Shown here one piece after another: positions 34,685 to 47,421 of a stretch of DNA of 64,000 bases; positions within the stretch are counted from its first letter, which is position 1; the number at the start of each line of letters is the position of its first letter. This DNA is from an uncultured Actinomycetes bacterium (lineage in GTDB: Bacteria; Actinomycetota; Thermoleophilia; Gaiellales; Gaiellaceae). The stretch covers positions 601,555 to 665,554 of the forward strand of contig CAVQRA010000004.1 in the NCBI GenBank assembly GCA_963715075.1, given 5' to 3'. The translations under genes and the position numbers were made by a program. The notes under the pieces are model-generated. The model saw nothing but the letters and a program-made list of their open reading frames with translations, had not been told where the DNA came from and searched no databases.

Positions 34685-35661
34685 CCACCGTGAAGCTCAC
34701 CTACCGTGAGGCCGTCCGGGCTGCGCTCCGGCACTCGCTCGCGACGGACGAGCGCGTGTTCCTGATGGGCGAGGACGTCGGGGGCTACGGCGGCGCGTTC
34801 GCCGTGAGCCTCGGCCTGCTGGACGAGTTCGGGCCCGAGCGCGTGCGCAACGCTCCGCTCTCCGAGTCGGGCTTCGTGGGAGCGGGCATCGGCGCCGCGC
34901 TCGGCGGGATGCGCCCGATCGTCGAGGTGATGACGATCAACTTCAGCCTCCTGGCGCTCGACCAGGTCGTCAACAACGCCGCCACGTTCAGGTACATGTC
35001 GGGCGGGCAGCTCAGCGTCCCGCTCGTCGTGAGGATGGCGACCGGCGGTGGCCGGCAGATGGCGGCCCAGCACGAGCACAGCCTCGAGGCGTGGTACGCC
35101 CACATCCCGGGCATCAAGGCGCTCGCTCCTGCCACCGTCGAGGACGCCCGGGGAATGCTGCTCGCGGCGCTCCAGGAGGAGGACCCGGTCTTCATCTTCG
35201 AGCACGCGCTCCTCTACCCGCTCGAGGGCGAGCTCGACGAGGAGCCGCGACCGGTGGACATCGCGCACGCCGCCGTCAGGCGGGCCGGGGAGGACGTCAC
35301 GCTGATCACCTACGGCGGCTCGCTCGGGAAGTGCCTGGACGCGGCAGAGCAGCTCGCCCGCGAGGGGATCGACGCGGAGGTCGTCGACCTGCGGACGCTG
35401 CGGCCGCTCGACACCGCGACGATCCTCGCGTCCCTCGAGCGGACGCACCGGGCCGTGGTGGTCGACGAGGGCTGGAAGACCGGTGGCCTGTCGGGTGAGA
35501 TCAGCGCGACGATCATGGAGCAGGGGTTCGATCTGCTCGACTGGCCCGTGCAGCGGGTCTGCGGCGTCGAGGTGCCGATGCCCTACGCCAGACACCTGGC
35601 GGACGCGGCGCTCCCGAGCGTCGAGGGCGTGGTCTCCGTGGTGCGGGAGATGGCGATCTGA
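34681..35661 (+). CDS. pdhB: pyruvate dehydrogenase E1 beta
   Basis: [44 protein letters not shown]. Confidence 0.93.
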   Translation: MTTVKLTYREAVRAALRHSLATDERVFLMGEDVGGYGGAFAVSLGLLDEFGPERVRNAPLSESGFVGAGIGAALGGMRPIVEVMTINFSLLALDQVVNNAATFRYMSGGQLSVPLVVRMATGGGRQMAAQHEHSLEAWYAHIPGIKALAPATVEDARGMLLAALQEEDPVFIFEHALLYPLEGELDEEPRPVDIAHAAVRRAGEDVTLITYGGSLGKCLDAAEQLAREGIDAEVVDLRTLRPLDTATILASLERTHRAVVVDEGWKTGGLSGEISATIMEQGFDLLDWPVQRVCGVEVPMPYARHLADAALPSVEGVVSVVREMAI

Positions 35662-36965
35662 TGGCCGAGTTCGTGATGCCCTCGCTGGGCGCGGACATGA
35701 GCGCCGGGATGCTCGCGTCGTGGCTCAAGCAGCCGGGCGACCACGTGCAGCGCGGGGACGTGATCGCCGTCGTCCACACGGACAAGGCCGACGTCGAGGT
35801 CGAGGTCTTCACCACCGGCACCGTCGAGCGCTTTCTGGTGGAGCCGGGGACAGAGGTGCCGGTCGGCACGCCGCTCGCCGTGATCCGCGAGGACGGTGCA
35901 GCCCCGGCAGCCGCGCCGGCGCCGGCGGCGGAGCCCGCCGCCCCTGCCGCGGCTCCCGCGACCGCCGCCCCGGAAGCGCCCCCGGCCGCCGAGCCGGCTC
36001 CCGCTCCATCCGGCGCGCCGCTCCGTCACCTGCTCATCTCGCCGTCCGCCCGTCACCTGGCCGCCGAGCTCTCCATCGACCCTGCGTCGGTCTCGGGCAC
36101 GGGGCCGCGCGGCCGGATCCAGCGGCGCGACGTCGAGGCGGCCGCACGTGCCGCGGCCGGCGCACCCGCGTCGGCTCCACCGCCCACGGAGCCCTCGGCC
36201 GCGGTCGCTCCGGCAGAGGCTCCCGCTCCGCCGGTGACCGCTCCCGACGAACCCCGGATCCCTCCCGCGCCGGAGCCTGCGCCGACGCCCGGCGAGCTGC
36301 GGAGCCTCGCGATGCGTCGCGCGATCTCCGCCGCGATGACCCGGTCGAAGCGCGAGATCCCGCACTTCTACCTCGGCCAGACCATCGACATGAGCCGCGC
36401 GCTCGCCTGGCTCGGGCAGGAGAACCTGCACCGGCCGGTGACCGAGCGCGTCCTGCACGGCGCGCTCCTGATCAAGGCGGTCGCGCTTGCGCTGCGCGAG
36501 GTGCCGGAGCTGAACGCGGTGTGGGAGGGCGACGAGGTCGTCCGCCGTGACGACGTCAACGTCGGCGTCGCCATCTCGCTGCGCGGCGGCGGGCTCGTGG
36601 CCCCGGCGATCCACCACACCGACGAGCTGACCCTGCCCGAGCTGATGCACGCGTTCCGCGACCTCGTCTCGCGGGCGCGCGCCTGGTCGCTGCGCAGCTC
36701 GGAGATGTCGGATCCGACGATCACCGTCACGAGCCTGGGCGAGCGGGGCGTCGAGTCGGTGTTCGGGGTCATCTTCCCGCCTCAGGTGGCGATCGTGGGC
36801 TTCGGGACGCTCGTCGAGCGGCCCTGGATCACCGAGGGCCAGATCCTCCCCTGCCCGGTCGTCACCGCCAGCCTGTCCGCCGACCACCGCGTCACCGACG
36901 GCCACCGCGCGAGCGCGTTCCTGGCCGCGGTCGATCGCCTTCTCCAGGAGCCCGAGGACCTATGA
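35661..36965 (+). CDS. pdhC: dihydrolipoamide acyltransferase E2
   Basis: Lipoyl domain HTDKA, Ala/Pro linkers, ISPSARHLA...GTGPRGRI binding domain, catalytic DHRVTDG. Confidence 0.92.
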   Translation: MAEFVMPSLGADMSAGMLASWLKQPGDHVQRGDVIAVVHTDKADVEVEVFTTGTVERFLVEPGTEVPVGTPLAVIREDGAAPAAAPAPAAEPAAPAAAPATAAPEAPPAAEPAPAPSGAPLRHLLISPSARHLAAELSIDPASVSGTGPRGRIQRRDVEAAARAAAGAPASAPPPTEPSAAVAPAEAPAPPVTAPDEPRIPPAPEPAPTPGELRSLAMRRAISAAMTRSKREIPHFYLGQTIDMSRALAWLGQENLHRPVTERVLHGALLIKAVALALREVPELNAVWEGDEVVRRDDVNVGVAISLRGGGLVAPAIHHTDELTLPELMHAFRDLVSRARAWSLRSSEMSDPTITVTSLGERGVESVFGVIFPPQVAIVGFGTLVERPWITEGQILPCPVVTASLSADHRVTDGHRASAFLAAVDRLLQEPEDL

Positions 36966-37210
36966 CCACCGACGAGCTGAAGGCCGCCGTGCTGACAGCG
37001 CTCACCGACGTCGCCCCCGAGGCCGACGCCGCCTCCGTCCGCTTCGACCTCGACCTGCGCGATCAGGTCGACATGGACTCGATGGACTCGCTCAACTTCC
37101 TGATCGCGGTGCACCAGCAGCTCTCCGTCGACATCCCGGAGGCGGACTGGGCGCACCTGCACACGCTCGGCGAGCTCGTCGACTATCTCGCCGAGCGGGT
37201 CGGGGGCTGA
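36962..37210 (+). CDS. acyl carrier protein
   Basis: 82-aa acidic protein with MDSMD phosphopantetheine Ser, [16 protein letters not shown]. Confidence 0.88.
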   Translation: MTTDELKAAVLTALTDVAPEADAASVRFDLDLRDQVDMDSMDSLNFLIAVHQQLSVDIPEADWAHLHTLGELVDYLAERVGG

Positions 37211-37428
37211 TCCCGCCAGGGTTCGAAGTCTCGCTCCGGCCCGACCCGCTGGTCGAAGGGCCACGCCGACGCGTGGGGAGGTCGGGCCGCGGCGACGGGG
37301 AGACCGCCTGTGTGCGGAAAGTCCGCGTCGAGGATCCCCGGGCGCCCCGATGCTCGGAGACACCCCGCAGCGCGACACTGGGGGAGACGACATCCGTCCT
37401 GCGCGACGCCGGCACGAAGGCGGTACAC

Positions 37429-37884
37429 GTGGCCGATCGAGCTGCAGAGCGCCTGGGACTTCGAACCCGGCGTGGAAACGTCCTCCGGTCGTTCCTCGAT
37501 CGGTTCCGGCGTGCGCCCGCGGTGCCGACCGCGGTCGGCGACACGCTCGCGGCCGAGCTCGCACCCCTGCTGGCCCTGCTCGACGAGATCGAGCGCGAAG
37601 CCGACGAGGTGCGGCGGCGGGCGACGCTTCGGGCGCAGGCGGGGCTGGGGGACGTCGCCGAGGAGGTCGAGGCGATCCTCGCCTCGGCGCGCGCCCACGC
37701 CGACGACGAGCGGGCCGATGCCCTGAGAGCTGCACGACGGAGTGCAGACGCTCGGGCCACGAGCACGCTCGAGCGCGCCAGCGCGGAGGCGGAGCAAGTG
37801 CGGAACCTCGCGCGCGAGCGATCGGAGCCGCTCGTCGAAGCGGTCGTCGCGCGGGTCATGGGCTTCGGAAGGGAGCGAGCGTGA
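37429..37884 (+). CDS. A/V-type ATPase peripheral stalk subunit G/H-like
   Basis: Glu/Arg/Ala coiled coil, first gene of the ATPase operon; start uncertain. Confidence 0.55.
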   Translation: MADRAAERLGLRTRRGNVLRSFLDRFRRAPAVPTAVGDTLAAELAPLLALLDEIEREADEVRRRATLRAQAGLGDVAEEVEAILASARAHADDERADALRAARRSADARATSTLERASAEAEQVRNLARERSEPLVEAVVARVMGFGRERA

Positions 37885-38807
37885 GCCTCGGCTGGGTTGC
37901 GGGGAGCGTGCGTGGCCGGCTCATGCTGGGTCGGAGGCTCGGCGTCGAGGGGGTACGAGGGCTCGCGACTGTGGGATCGCTCGACGCCGCTCTCTCCGGC
38001 CTCGAGGGGACGGCCTATGGGGCCGCTGCATCCGCCCGAGACGGGCTCGAGGCAGCCCAGCATGCGGTTGCGGCGGTCCTTCTGCTCGAGCTGCGGACGC
38101 TCGCCGGCTGGCTGCCTCGCGGAGCTCTCGAGCCGGTGCGCGCGCTGGCCGGGTGGTTCGAGCTCGCCAACGTCGAGGACAGGCTGGCGTTCCTGGCGGG
38201 AGGCGAGCTCCGCCCGGCGTTCGAGCTCGGTCCGCTCGGGCTCGCCTGGTCGCAGATCTCCGTCGTGCAGAGCGCGGGGGAGCTTTGCGAGGCGTTGCGG
38301 GCGTCCCCGTGGGGCGACCCGGGCGGGGAGGCTCCCGACGAGGTCCACCTCGCCCTGCGCCTCGGGTGGGCAAGGCGTGTGCTCTCGGCCGTGCCGGAGG
38401 CTGCGACGTGGGCTGCAGGAGGGCTCGCGCTGCTGCTCGCTCGAGAGGCGACGGCCGATGCCGGCCGGCTCGACCGGGCGAGGGAGAGGATGCCGTCGGC
38501 GCTCGGGTCGCGCTGGCCGTCGGCGGGCAGCGTCGAGGACCTCCGGAGGATGCTCCCTGCCTACGCCTCATGGCCGCTCGCGGACATCGAGCTGGACGGC
38601 GATCTCTGGCTGGCGGAGGCGCAGTGGTGGCGCCGGGTCGAGCAGGACGCGGACCAGCTCGTGCGAGGCCCTCTCGAGGGGCGCGGGGTCGTCGTGGGGG
38701 TGATCGCGCTGCTCGCCCTCGATGCCGCGCGCGTCGGCGCCGCGCTCGGCACAGCCGCGCTGGGAAGCAGCCCCGCAGCCCGGGAGGCGCTCGATGCGCT
38801 TCTCTGA
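37881..38807 (+). CDS. A/V-type ATPase subunit C-like (divergent)
   Basis: GWVAGSVRGRLMLGRRL...LEGTAYG pattern, about 308 aa, position before subunit I. Confidence 0.6.
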   Translation: MSLGWVAGSVRGRLMLGRRLGVEGVRGLATVGSLDAALSGLEGTAYGAAASARDGLEAAQHAVAAVLLLELRTLAGWLPRGALEPVRALAGWFELANVEDRLAFLAGGELRPAFELGPLGLAWSQISVVQSAGELCEALRASPWGDPGGEAPDEVHLALRLGWARRVLSAVPEAATWAAGGLALLLAREATADAGRLDRARERMPSALGSRWPSAGSVEDLRRMLPAYASWPLADIELDGDLWLAEAQWWRRVEQDADQLVRGPLEGRGVVVGVIALLALDAARVGAALGTAALGSSPAAREALDALL

Positions 38808-40209
38808 CGTCGCCCTCCCGGTGCGGATGAGTCGGATCGCGGTCGTCGCGCCGCGGGTGCGACTGCGCGACGCGCTCGTGGCCGTCGCCGAGTCCGGGAC
38901 GATGGAGATCGTGGGGTCGCTCACGGCGCCCGTCGGCGAGGAGGTCGAGGCGCTGCGGCGGCTCGAGCGCGCCGCGCCCCGCGGTCGAGTCCCGCTCCGC
39001 CCCGGATCCTGCGGGTTCCCGAGGAGACCGCGCGGCTCGAGCGGACGGGGGAGCGCGAGCTGCTCGCCGGAGAGGTCGAGCTCGGCCGCCGGGCTGCGCT
39101 CGCGCTCGACCACGGGTCCTTCTCCGTCCTGGTGGGGTGGACGCCGACGGAGGATCTGCCGGAGCTCGAGCAACGCCTCGACGGAGCCGGGGCGGGGGTG
39201 GTCGAGCTGCCCCTGCCGCCCTTCGCCGACCCGCCGACGTTGATGGCAGAGACGCGAACGAGGCGTCCGTTCAGCCCGCTGATGACGACCTACGGCGTCG
39301 CGCCCTACGCGAACCTCGACGTCACGGTCTTCGCGGGGATCGCCTTCGTCCTGATGTTCGCGATCATGTTCGGCGACGTCGGGCACGGTCTGCTGCTCGC
39401 GCTCGTGGGCCTCACGCTGCGGCCGCGTCCGTCGAGGGCGCCTTGCGCCGTTCCGGCCGGTGTGGCCGCTGCTCGTGATCTCCGGAGTCGCGGCAGCCTT
39501 CGTCGGGCTGCTCTACGGTGAGGCGTTCGGCCCGACGGGGCTCGTCCCACGTCTCTGGCTCGACCCGGTCGAGGAGCCGATCCCGCTGCTCTCTCGCGGC
39601 GCTCGCGATCGGTGTCGCACTGCTCGTCGTCAGCCACGCCTACGCGATCGTCAACCGGGCGCGAGAGGGTGGAGCCCGCGCCGCGCTGCTCGGTCCGTCG
39701 GGCGTCGCAGGGCTGTGCGTGCTGCTCGGGGCGAGCGGCGCGCTCGTCGGCGTGCTAGCCGGGCTGGACGCTCTCCTCGGAGCCGGCGTCGTGCTGCTCA
39801 GCGCCGGGGCCGGGCTCCTCGCGATCGGCTTCCTGGCTGCGGCACGGGCCGAGGGCGGGCTCGGCGCGGCGCTCGCGCTCACCGCCGTCGAGCTCGTCGA
39901 CGCGCTCGTGCGCACCGCTTCGAACGTCCTCTCCTTCGCGCGCCTGGCAGCGTTCGGTGTGCTCCACTCGGCGCTCGGACTCGCCGTGCTCGCCGGAGCG
40001 GGCGCCCTCTGGGGAGGGATCGTCGGATCCCTGCTCGGCGTCGCCGTCTTCGTGGTCGGCAACCTCGCGGCCTTCTCGCTCGAGCTGCTCGTCACCGGGA
40101 TCCAGGCGCTGAGGCTCGAGTTCTACGAGCTCTTCTCACGCATCTTCGCCGGACAGGGCCACCCGTACTCGCCCTGGCGCGTTCCCGTCGTCACCCGATC
40201 GGAGGAGCC

Positions 40210-40213
<4 letters not shown>
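38794..40213 (+). CDS. A/V-type ATPase subunit I (a), short form, frameshifted
   Basis: PPTLM, YGVAPY...LMFAIMFGDVGHG, LLYGEAFG, SNVLSFARLAAFG, IQALRLEFYELFS. Confidence 0.88.
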
Positions 40214-40844
<631 letters not shown>

Positions 40845-40848
<4 letters not shown>

Positions 40849-41348
40849 CCGTCGAGCGCCTTCGCCGCTCGGTGCTCGCCTCGGTGGCGTCGGAGGCCGA
40901 GGTGGAGCGAGCCCGCGCGCGGGCCGAGCATGACGCCCGCATCGAGGAGGCCCGCGAGAGGGCAGCGGCGATCCTGGAGGACGCGCGGCGGAAGCACGAG
41001 GCCGAGGTCGAGGCAGTGATCGCGGAGCGGTCCGCGCGCGTGCAGCGGGAGGCGCGAGGTCTCGTGCTCGCTGCCCAGGCGGAGGCGTACGCGCTCTTCG
41101 CGCAGGATGCGCTCGAGGCAGTCCTCGCGCTGCGCGGAACGCAGGACTACGAGCGGCTGTGCTCGCGGCTCGCCTCCGACGCACGGGCGCTGCTCGGCGA
41201 GCGCGTCGCAGCTGGAGATCGACCCTCCGGCCGTCGGCGGCGTCATCGGCAGCGTCGACGGAAGCGCTCGTCGACTACTCGCTGCCGGCGCTCGTCGACC
41301 GGTGCGATCGCCGATCTGGGACCGCGGTGGCGAGGGCTCTGGACATGA
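40845..41348 (+). CDS. A/V-type ATPase subunit E, frameshifted
   Basis: Coiled-coil N-terminus, GGVIGS...VDYSL C-terminal motif. Confidence 0.7.
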
Positions 41349-43073
41349 CGGCCGGGACCGTCAGCCGGGTCAACGGGCCCGTCGTCGAGGTCGAAGGGCT
41401 GGATGCGTCGCATGCTCGATCTCGTGCGAGGTCGGCCCCGCGCGGCTACCGGGAGAGGTCATCGCGCTGCGCGGCTCCGTGACGGTCGTCCAGGTGTACG
41501 AGTACACCGGCGGGCTCGCTCCGGGCGAGCCGGGCCGAGAGCACGGGCCATCCGCTCATCGCCGAGCTCGGCCCCGGGCTGGTCGGCGGGGTGTTCGACG
41601 GGATGCTGCGCCGGCTCCGCGGGGCTCCCGATGTCCTCGCGCCCGGTGCTGGAACGGGCGCGCTCGAGGTCGAGCGCCCGTTGGCGTTCGCTGCCGCGGT
41701 GTCTCCGAGGGAGACGCGGTCGCGGCGGGAGCGGTGCTCGGCCGCGTCCCCGAGACGGCCTGCGGTCGAGTTCCGCGCGCTCGTCCCGGACGGGATCGCC
41801 GGGCGCGTCGAGTGGGTGCGGGAGGCCCGGAGGCGAGTACACGGTGGGAGCCGATCGCCCGCGTCGACGGCGGGACGTGACGCTCGCGCAGACGTGGCCG
41901 GTGCGCCGTCCACGGCCGGTGCGGCGAGCACCTGCCGGCGTCCGCTCCGCTCCAGACCGGCCAGCGCGTGCTCGACCTCCTCTTTCCGCTCGCCCGCGGG
42001 AGCAGCGCCGGCGTGCCCGGCGGCTTCGGCACCGGGAAGACCGTGCTGCTCCAGCAGATCGCCAAGTGGTGCGACGCCGACGTGATCGTCTACGTCGGCT
42101 GCGGGGAGCGCGGGAACGAGCTGGCCGACGTCCTCGAGGAGCTCACGGCGCTCGAGGATCCGCGTACGGGCCGGTCGCTGCTCGACCGGACCGTGCTCGT
42201 CGCGAACACGTCGAACATGCCGGTGCTGGCACGCGAGGCGAGCATCTACACGGGCGTGACGGTCGCCGAGCTCTATCGCGACATGGGCTACGACGTCGTC
42301 TGATCGCCGACTCGACCTCGCGCTGGGCCGAGGCGCTGCGCGAGGTCGCCTCCCGCACCGGCGAGCTGCCGGCCGAGGAGGGCTATCCGCCAGGCTCGCC
42401 TCCGCGCTGGCGGCGTTCTACGAGCGCGCGGGGCGGGTGCGGACGCTGCGCCGGAGCGGAGGCCTCGGTGACGATCCTCGGCGCGGTCTCGCCGCCCGGC
42501 GGAGACATGACCGAGCCGGTCACCGCGCACACGCGCCGCTTCGTCCGGTGCGCGTGGTCGCTCGATCCGCGATCTCGCCTACGCCCGTCACTACCCGGCC
42601 GTGAGCTGGCGCGACTCCTCGTCGCGCGACGCCGAGGCCCTCGACGCGTGGCACGCGAAGCCACGGCGACCACGACTGGGGCGATCGCGCGAGCGGGCGC
42701 TGCGACTCCTCGCGGAGGCCGACCGCCTCGAGTCGATCGCGGAGCTCGTCGGCGCCGGCGCGCTGCCCGACCGCGAGCGGGTCGTGCTGCTCTCCGGCCG
42801 CCTGCTGCGCGAGGCGGTGCTCCAGCAGAGCGCGCTGAGCGCCAACGACGCTTACTGCGAGCCCGCGAAGCAGGCCGCGCTGCTCGCCCTGGTGCTCGCG
42901 TTTCACGACCGCTGTCTGCGAGCTCGTCGAGCGGGGCGTGCCCGCGCGCGAGGATCGAGGAGGTCGACCTCGCGCCGGCCGTCCGCGCGCGGACGAGGCG
43001 CCACCGGACGACGCGGAGGCAGTCGACGCCATCGCTCGAGCGCTGCTCGTGCGAGCTGGAGCGCCTGGCATGA
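41345..43073 (+). CDS. A/V-type ATPase subunit A (catalytic), frameshifted
   Basis: [72 protein letters not shown]. Confidence 0.93.
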
Positions 43074-44483
43074 CGCTGCGCGCCCGTCGAGCACACCTCG
43101 AGTCGCGGCGATCCGCGGCCCGCTGCTCGTGATCGAGGGCGTCGAGGGGGTCGGCTGGGACGAGGTCGGCGAGATTCGCCTCGACTCGGGCGAGGTCCGA
43201 CACGGGGTCGTGCTCGACGTGCACCACGAAGCTCGCCGTGGTCGAGGTGTTCGAGGGCACGGCCGGGCTCGCGCTGGACGGCCTCCGCGTCGCGTTCATC
43301 GGCGTCGCCCGATGCGCATCCCCGTCGGCGAGGGCTGGCTCGGCCGCGTCTGCAACGGTCGCGGCGCGCCGCTCGACGGGGGCCCGCCGATCTTCGGCCG
43401 ACGACTGCGCGCGATGTCCGGGCGCCCGATCAACCCCGCGTCCCGCGCCGACACCCCGCGATCCGATCCTCACCGGGGTCTCCGTCGATCGACGGCCTGG
43501 CCACGCTCGTCCGCGGCCAGAAGCTGCCGATCTTCTCGGTCGGCGGTCTGCCGCACCTCGAGCTCGCCGCCCAGGTGGCGGCGCAGACGCGCGACGGGAG
43601 GACGAGCCCTTCGCGGTCGTCTTCGCCGCGATCGGGATCACGCACGCGGACGCGGCGATGGTCCGCGACGTGCTCGAGGCAGCGCGCCACGACCGGCGAC
43701 CTCGTCCTGTTCCTGAACACCGCCGACGACCCGCTCGTCGAGCGCATCGCTGACCCCCCGCATCGCGCTGACGGTCGCCGAGCACCTCGCCTTCGAGCGC
43801 GGCCGCCACGTGCTCGTCGTCATGGCCGACATGACCAGCTACTGCGAGGCGGTGCGCGAGGTGTCCGCAGCGCGAGGCGAGATCCCCGGCCGTCGAGGCT
43901 ATCCCGGGCTACCTCTACAGCGACCTCGCGTCGCTGTACGAGCGGGCCGGTCGGATCCGAGGGCGCGCCGGCTCGGTCACGCAGGTGCCGGTGCTGACGA
44001 TGCCCGCCGGCGACATCACGCACCCGGTGCCCGACCTGACCGGCTACATCACCGAGGGCCAGCTCGTGCTCTCGCAGGAGCTGCACGCGCGAGGCGTCTA
44101 CCCGCCGTTCGACCCGCTGCGGCTCGCTCTCGCGGCTCATGCGCCTCGGCGCGGGGCCCGGCCGCACGCGCGACGACCATCTCGAGATCGCCGCCCAGCT
44201 CTACGCGCTCGCGGCGCTCGCCCGTCGCTCCGCAGACCTCGCCGAGATCGTCGGCGCGGACGCCCTCGGGGAGCGTGACCGCGGATACCTCGTCTTCGCG
44301 CGCGCTCTCGAGGAGGAGCTCGTGACGCAGGCGCGCCGGGAGGCTCGGACCCTGGAAGACACGCTCGCACGGGCGTGGAGGGCTGCATCCGTGCTGCCGG
44401 CGCGCGAGCTGACGATGGTCACCGAGGCTGCTCTCTCGGAGCGCTACGAAGGGGGGCGCCTTGCTTCGACCCCCGCCCGGTAG
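43070..44483 (+). CDS. A/V-type ATPase subunit B, frameshifted
   Basis: [65 protein letters not shown]. Confidence 0.93.
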
Positions 44484-45120
44484 AGCAGGTCGAGCCTGGC
44501 TCACGCGACGTCTCGAGCTCGCGAGGGGAGGTGCGGACGTGCTGGACGAGAAGCGGCGCGCTCTCCTCGCGGAGCGCACGAGGCTCGTCCCGCTGCTCGA
44601 GGTTGCGCGTGGCGAGTGGGAGCGAGCGGCGTCGGAAGCGGACGTCTGGCGAGACCGGGCTGCCGTTCTCTCCGGGGCACGTCAGCTCAGATTGGCGCAG
44701 CAGTATCGCGGTGCATCCGCGTCGATCGTGGTCTCCTGGCGCGGGGTGCTCGGTGTTCGCGTGCCGGAGGAGCCGCAGGTCGTTCCCGGGGACGCGGGGA
44801 GCTCGTTGCGGATTGGAGGAAGCGCGGCGCTCGCGGCTGCCCGGGATTCGCACGCGATGGCGCTGCACGCCGCAGCGCGGTCTGCCGCGCTGCAGCTCGC
44901 GCTCGACCGCATCAGCGCGGAGCTCGACGCCACGACGCGTCGGCTCAGGGCCATCGAGCACCGGTGGATCCCGGCGCACGAACGGGCGCTCGAGACCCTC
45001 GATCTCGCCCTCGACGAGAGCGAGCGCGAGGATGCCGCGCGCACCCGATGGGCGTCCGCCGTCTCGGGACACGACGACCCGATCGGCCCGACCGACTCGG
45101 AGAAGAGCCGGGCCGGCTGA
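44461..45120 (+). CDS. A/V-type ATPase subunit D
   Basis: PPGRAG..WL.RRL..A.GG...LDEKR, TTRRLRAIEHRWIP, LDESERE. Confidence 0.88.
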   Translation: MLRPPPGRAGRAWLTRRLELARGGADVLDEKRRALLAERTRLVPLLEVARGEWERAASEADVWRDRAAVLSGARQLRLAQQYRGASASIVVSWRGVLGVRVPEEPQVVPGDAGSSLRIGGSAALAAARDSHAMALHAAARSAALQLALDRISAELDATTRRLRAIEHRWIPAHERALETLDLALDESEREDAARTRWASAVSGHDDPIGPTDSEKSRAG

Positions 45121-45186
45121 CGCGACGCGTGCTGCGTCACCCGACCTCGACGGCCGAGAGCGCTCGCCGGAGCCTGGGAGGCGCGC

Positions 45187-46368
45187 TCAGCCGACGAGCA
45201 GGCCGGTGATCCACATGATCGCGATCCCGGCGAGGAATCCGCCGATCGCGGGGCCGGAGCGGAGCCCGCCCGGCAGCGTGCGCTGCACGTGGCGCCCGAC
45301 CTCCACGACCACCTGGAGCGCGGCGCCCGCGGCGATCCCGAAGAACAGCACCGCCAACGTCTCGTTGGTCACGTAGCCGCCGATCCAGGCGCCGGGGATC
45401 GCCGGCGCTCCGGCGATCACGGCGAGACCCGCCAGCTGTGCGAGCGACGGGCGCTCTCGCGCCGCGGGTGCCGCGATCCCGAGGCCCTCGGTGATGTTGT
45501 GGATCATGAACCCCATCACCAGGAACGTGCCGAGGGTCAGCTCGCCGAGGGCGAAGGACGAGCCGATCGCAAGCCCTTCGCCGAGGTTGTGGACGCCGAT
45601 CCCGATCGCGACGAGGAGTGCGAGACCCATCCCGGTCGCGCCGGAGCCGCTGCCGAGACGACCGGAGACGTACGTCATCCCGAGCGCGGCGAGCGCCACG
45701 CCGAGGAGCGTGAGACCCGGTCCGCCGAGCGCTCCGGGCAGCGTCGCCTGCAGCTCGAAGGACTCGAAGAGGGCCTCGATGCCGAGGAACGTGAGCAGCC
45801 CGCACGTCAGCGCCATGAACGCGCCGAGCCAGCGGGCATCGAGCCGTCGCAGGGACGGCAGCCACAGCAGCCCGAGCGCCACGGGCACGACGCCGACGAA
45901 GAACCCGACGATCGCGTAGCCGAGCACACCGGTCGCGGTCGCCGTCGGCGTCTCCACGGCGGCCGCGACGGACGTCACGGTCTGGATGCCGGTCGAGCTG
46001 GTGACGCCGATCGCGAGCGGCTCGTCCTCCACCCAGTCGTACGGGACGAGCAGCGTGGTCGTGCGGAGCCGGCCCAGCGTGGTCGGTCCGTCGACCGTGA
46101 ACGGCACGATCGCATCGTCGACCGTGACGACCGCGATCGTGATCGGGGCGCGCTGTGGGTTCCGGACGAGGACCTTGATCTCGCCCGGGCGCAGCTCGAC
46201 CCTCCTCAGGTCCAGTGCGTCGGCGGGCGGCGGGCTCTGCCCGACGAGGTCGAGCAGCCGGTCGCCGAGCGACACGAACGCCCCGACCACGACTGCGAGC
46301 AGCAGGATCGGCACGACGGCCCAGAGCCGCCAGCCGAGTCCGCCGGTGGTCGTCGAGCCGGCCTCCAT
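45187..46368 (-). CDS. ZIP (ZupT/GufA) family metal transporter with extra N-terminal extracytoplasmic domain
   Basis: IGVHNLGEGLAIG and FMIHNITEG ZIP motifs; N-terminal TM plus about 110-aa beta-rich domain. Confidence 0.9.
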   Translation of the reverse strand: MEAGSTTTGGLGWRLWAVVPILLLAVVVGAFVSLGDRLLDLVGQSPPPADALDLRRVELRPGEIKVLVRNPQRAPITIAVVTVDDAIVPFTVDGPTTLGRLRTTTLLVPYDWVEDEPLAIGVTSSTGIQTVTSVAAAVETPTATATGVLGYAIVGFFVGVVPVALGLLWLPSLRRLDARWLGAFMALTCGLLTFLGIEALFESFELQATLPGALGGPGLTLLGVALAALGMTYVSGRLGSGSGATGMGLALLVAIGIGVHNLGEGLAIGSSFALGELTLGTFLVMGFMIHNITEGLGIAAPAARERPSLAQLAGLAVIAGAPAIPGAWIGGYVTNETLAVLFFGIAAGAALQVVVEVGRHVQRTLPGGLRSGPAIGGFLAGIAIMWITGLLVG

Positions 46369-46377
46369 GCCGAGGGT

Positions 46378-47391
46378 CTAGGCCTCCACCTGGAAGTACC
46401 CCATCCAGCCGAGCTCGGTGAACTCCGACTGATGCGCGTGGAACATGAACGTCCCCGCGTTCGCGAAGCGGAGCTCGAGGACGCCGCGCTGCCCCTGGCA
46501 CTGCATCACGGTGTCGGTGTACTCCCAGTGATCGCCCGTGCCGGTCGGCTGGTAGTGGAAGAAGTCCGCGTGGAGGTGAAACGAGTTGATCAGATCGAAC
46601 TCGGTCAGGTTCGCGAGATAGAGGCGGACGAGCTCACCCTTTCGCACCCTGATCGGATAGCGGGCGTAGTAGAACGTCCGGCCGTTGACCGTGTAGAAGT
46701 TGTTCTCGCCGTCCCCGTCGGTGTCGAAGCCGTTCATCACCATCACGTGCTCGCGGGCGGGCTCTCGGGGCTCCTTCGGATCGATGATGAACGCGCCGTA
46801 CAGGCCCTTGTGGATGTGCTTCTTCAGTGGCGTCGCATGGCAGTGGTAGACGTGGAAGCCCGCCGGTCGAGCAGGGAACTCGTACGTGAGCTCACCGCCG
46901 CTCGGGACGATCTCGAAGACCCCGTCCATGTTGGTCGGGTGGATCCCGTGGAAGTGGATCGTGTGCGGGTGCGCTCCTGCGTTCACGAACCGCACCCGGA
47001 GGATGTCGTCCTCGGTCGCGCGGAGCACGGGCCCGGGGACCGTCCCGTTGTACGTCCAGGCGGGGAAGAAGACCCCCGGTGCGATCTCGATCTCCTCGTC
47101 CGTCGCGACGAGCGTGTAGCTGCGCACCCGCCCGGGCTCGTACGGCAGAGCCGGCGGCGGGTAGAGCAGCTCGTCGAGGTCGTCGGGGCCGCCGACCGCC
47201 GGCGCGCCGGGGCCGATCATCGCTGCGTGCCCGCTCGCGGCCGCGACCGCTCCCACCGTGGCGGGATGCCGGCCGTGGTCGTGCTCGGCGGCGTCTGCCG
47301 AGTCGGCGCCGAGCAGCATCCGCCCCGCGAGCGAGCCGGCGGCGAGCGGTGCCGTCAGGCAGAGGAAGCGCTTGCGATTGAGTTTCGTCAT
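46378..47391 (-). CDS. two-domain multicopper oxidase with Tat-like signal
   Basis: NRKRFL signal, HPHTIHFHG, YHCH...HIHKGLYG, NSFHLHA, MFHAHQSEF. Confidence 0.88.
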   Translation of the reverse strand: MTKLNRKRFLCLTAPLAAGSLAGRMLLGADSADAAEHDHGRHPATVGAVAAASGHAAMIGPGAPAVGGPDDLDELLYPPPALPYEPGRVRSYTLVATDEEIEIAPGVFFPAWTYNGTVPGPVLRATEDDILRVRFVNAGAHPHTIHFHGIHPTNMDGVFEIVPSGGELTYEFPARPAGFHVYHCHATPLKKHIHKGLYGAFIIDPKEPREPAREHVMVMNGFDTDGDGENNFYTVNGRTFYYARYPIRVRKGELVRLYLANLTEFDLINSFHLHADFFHYQPTGTGDHWEYTDTVMQCQGQRGVLELRFANAGTFMFHAHQSEFTELGWMGYFQVEA

Positions 47392-47413
47392 AGCTAAATC
47401 AGAAATGTAGAGT
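47383..47413. promoter_or_regulatory. candidate DtxR/MntR operator and back-to-back -10 boxes
   Basis: AT-rich near-palindrome TTTCGTCATAGCTAAA (47383-47398) over the oxidase ATG; TAGAGT at 47408, 8 nt before the regulator ATG; TACATT on the minus strand. Confidence 0.55.
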
Positions 47414-47421
47414 GCCAGAAG

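Noticed and set aside
35895-36295. Ala/Pro-rich repetitive DNA in E2
   Set aside because: Normal flexible linkers of dihydrolipoamide acyltransferases
37215-37330. GGTTCGAA (tRNA T-loop-like) and GGAAAGTCC (RNase P-like) words in the ACP-ATPase spacer
   Set aside because: No cloverleaf, acceptor stem or other RNase P conserved regions could be built
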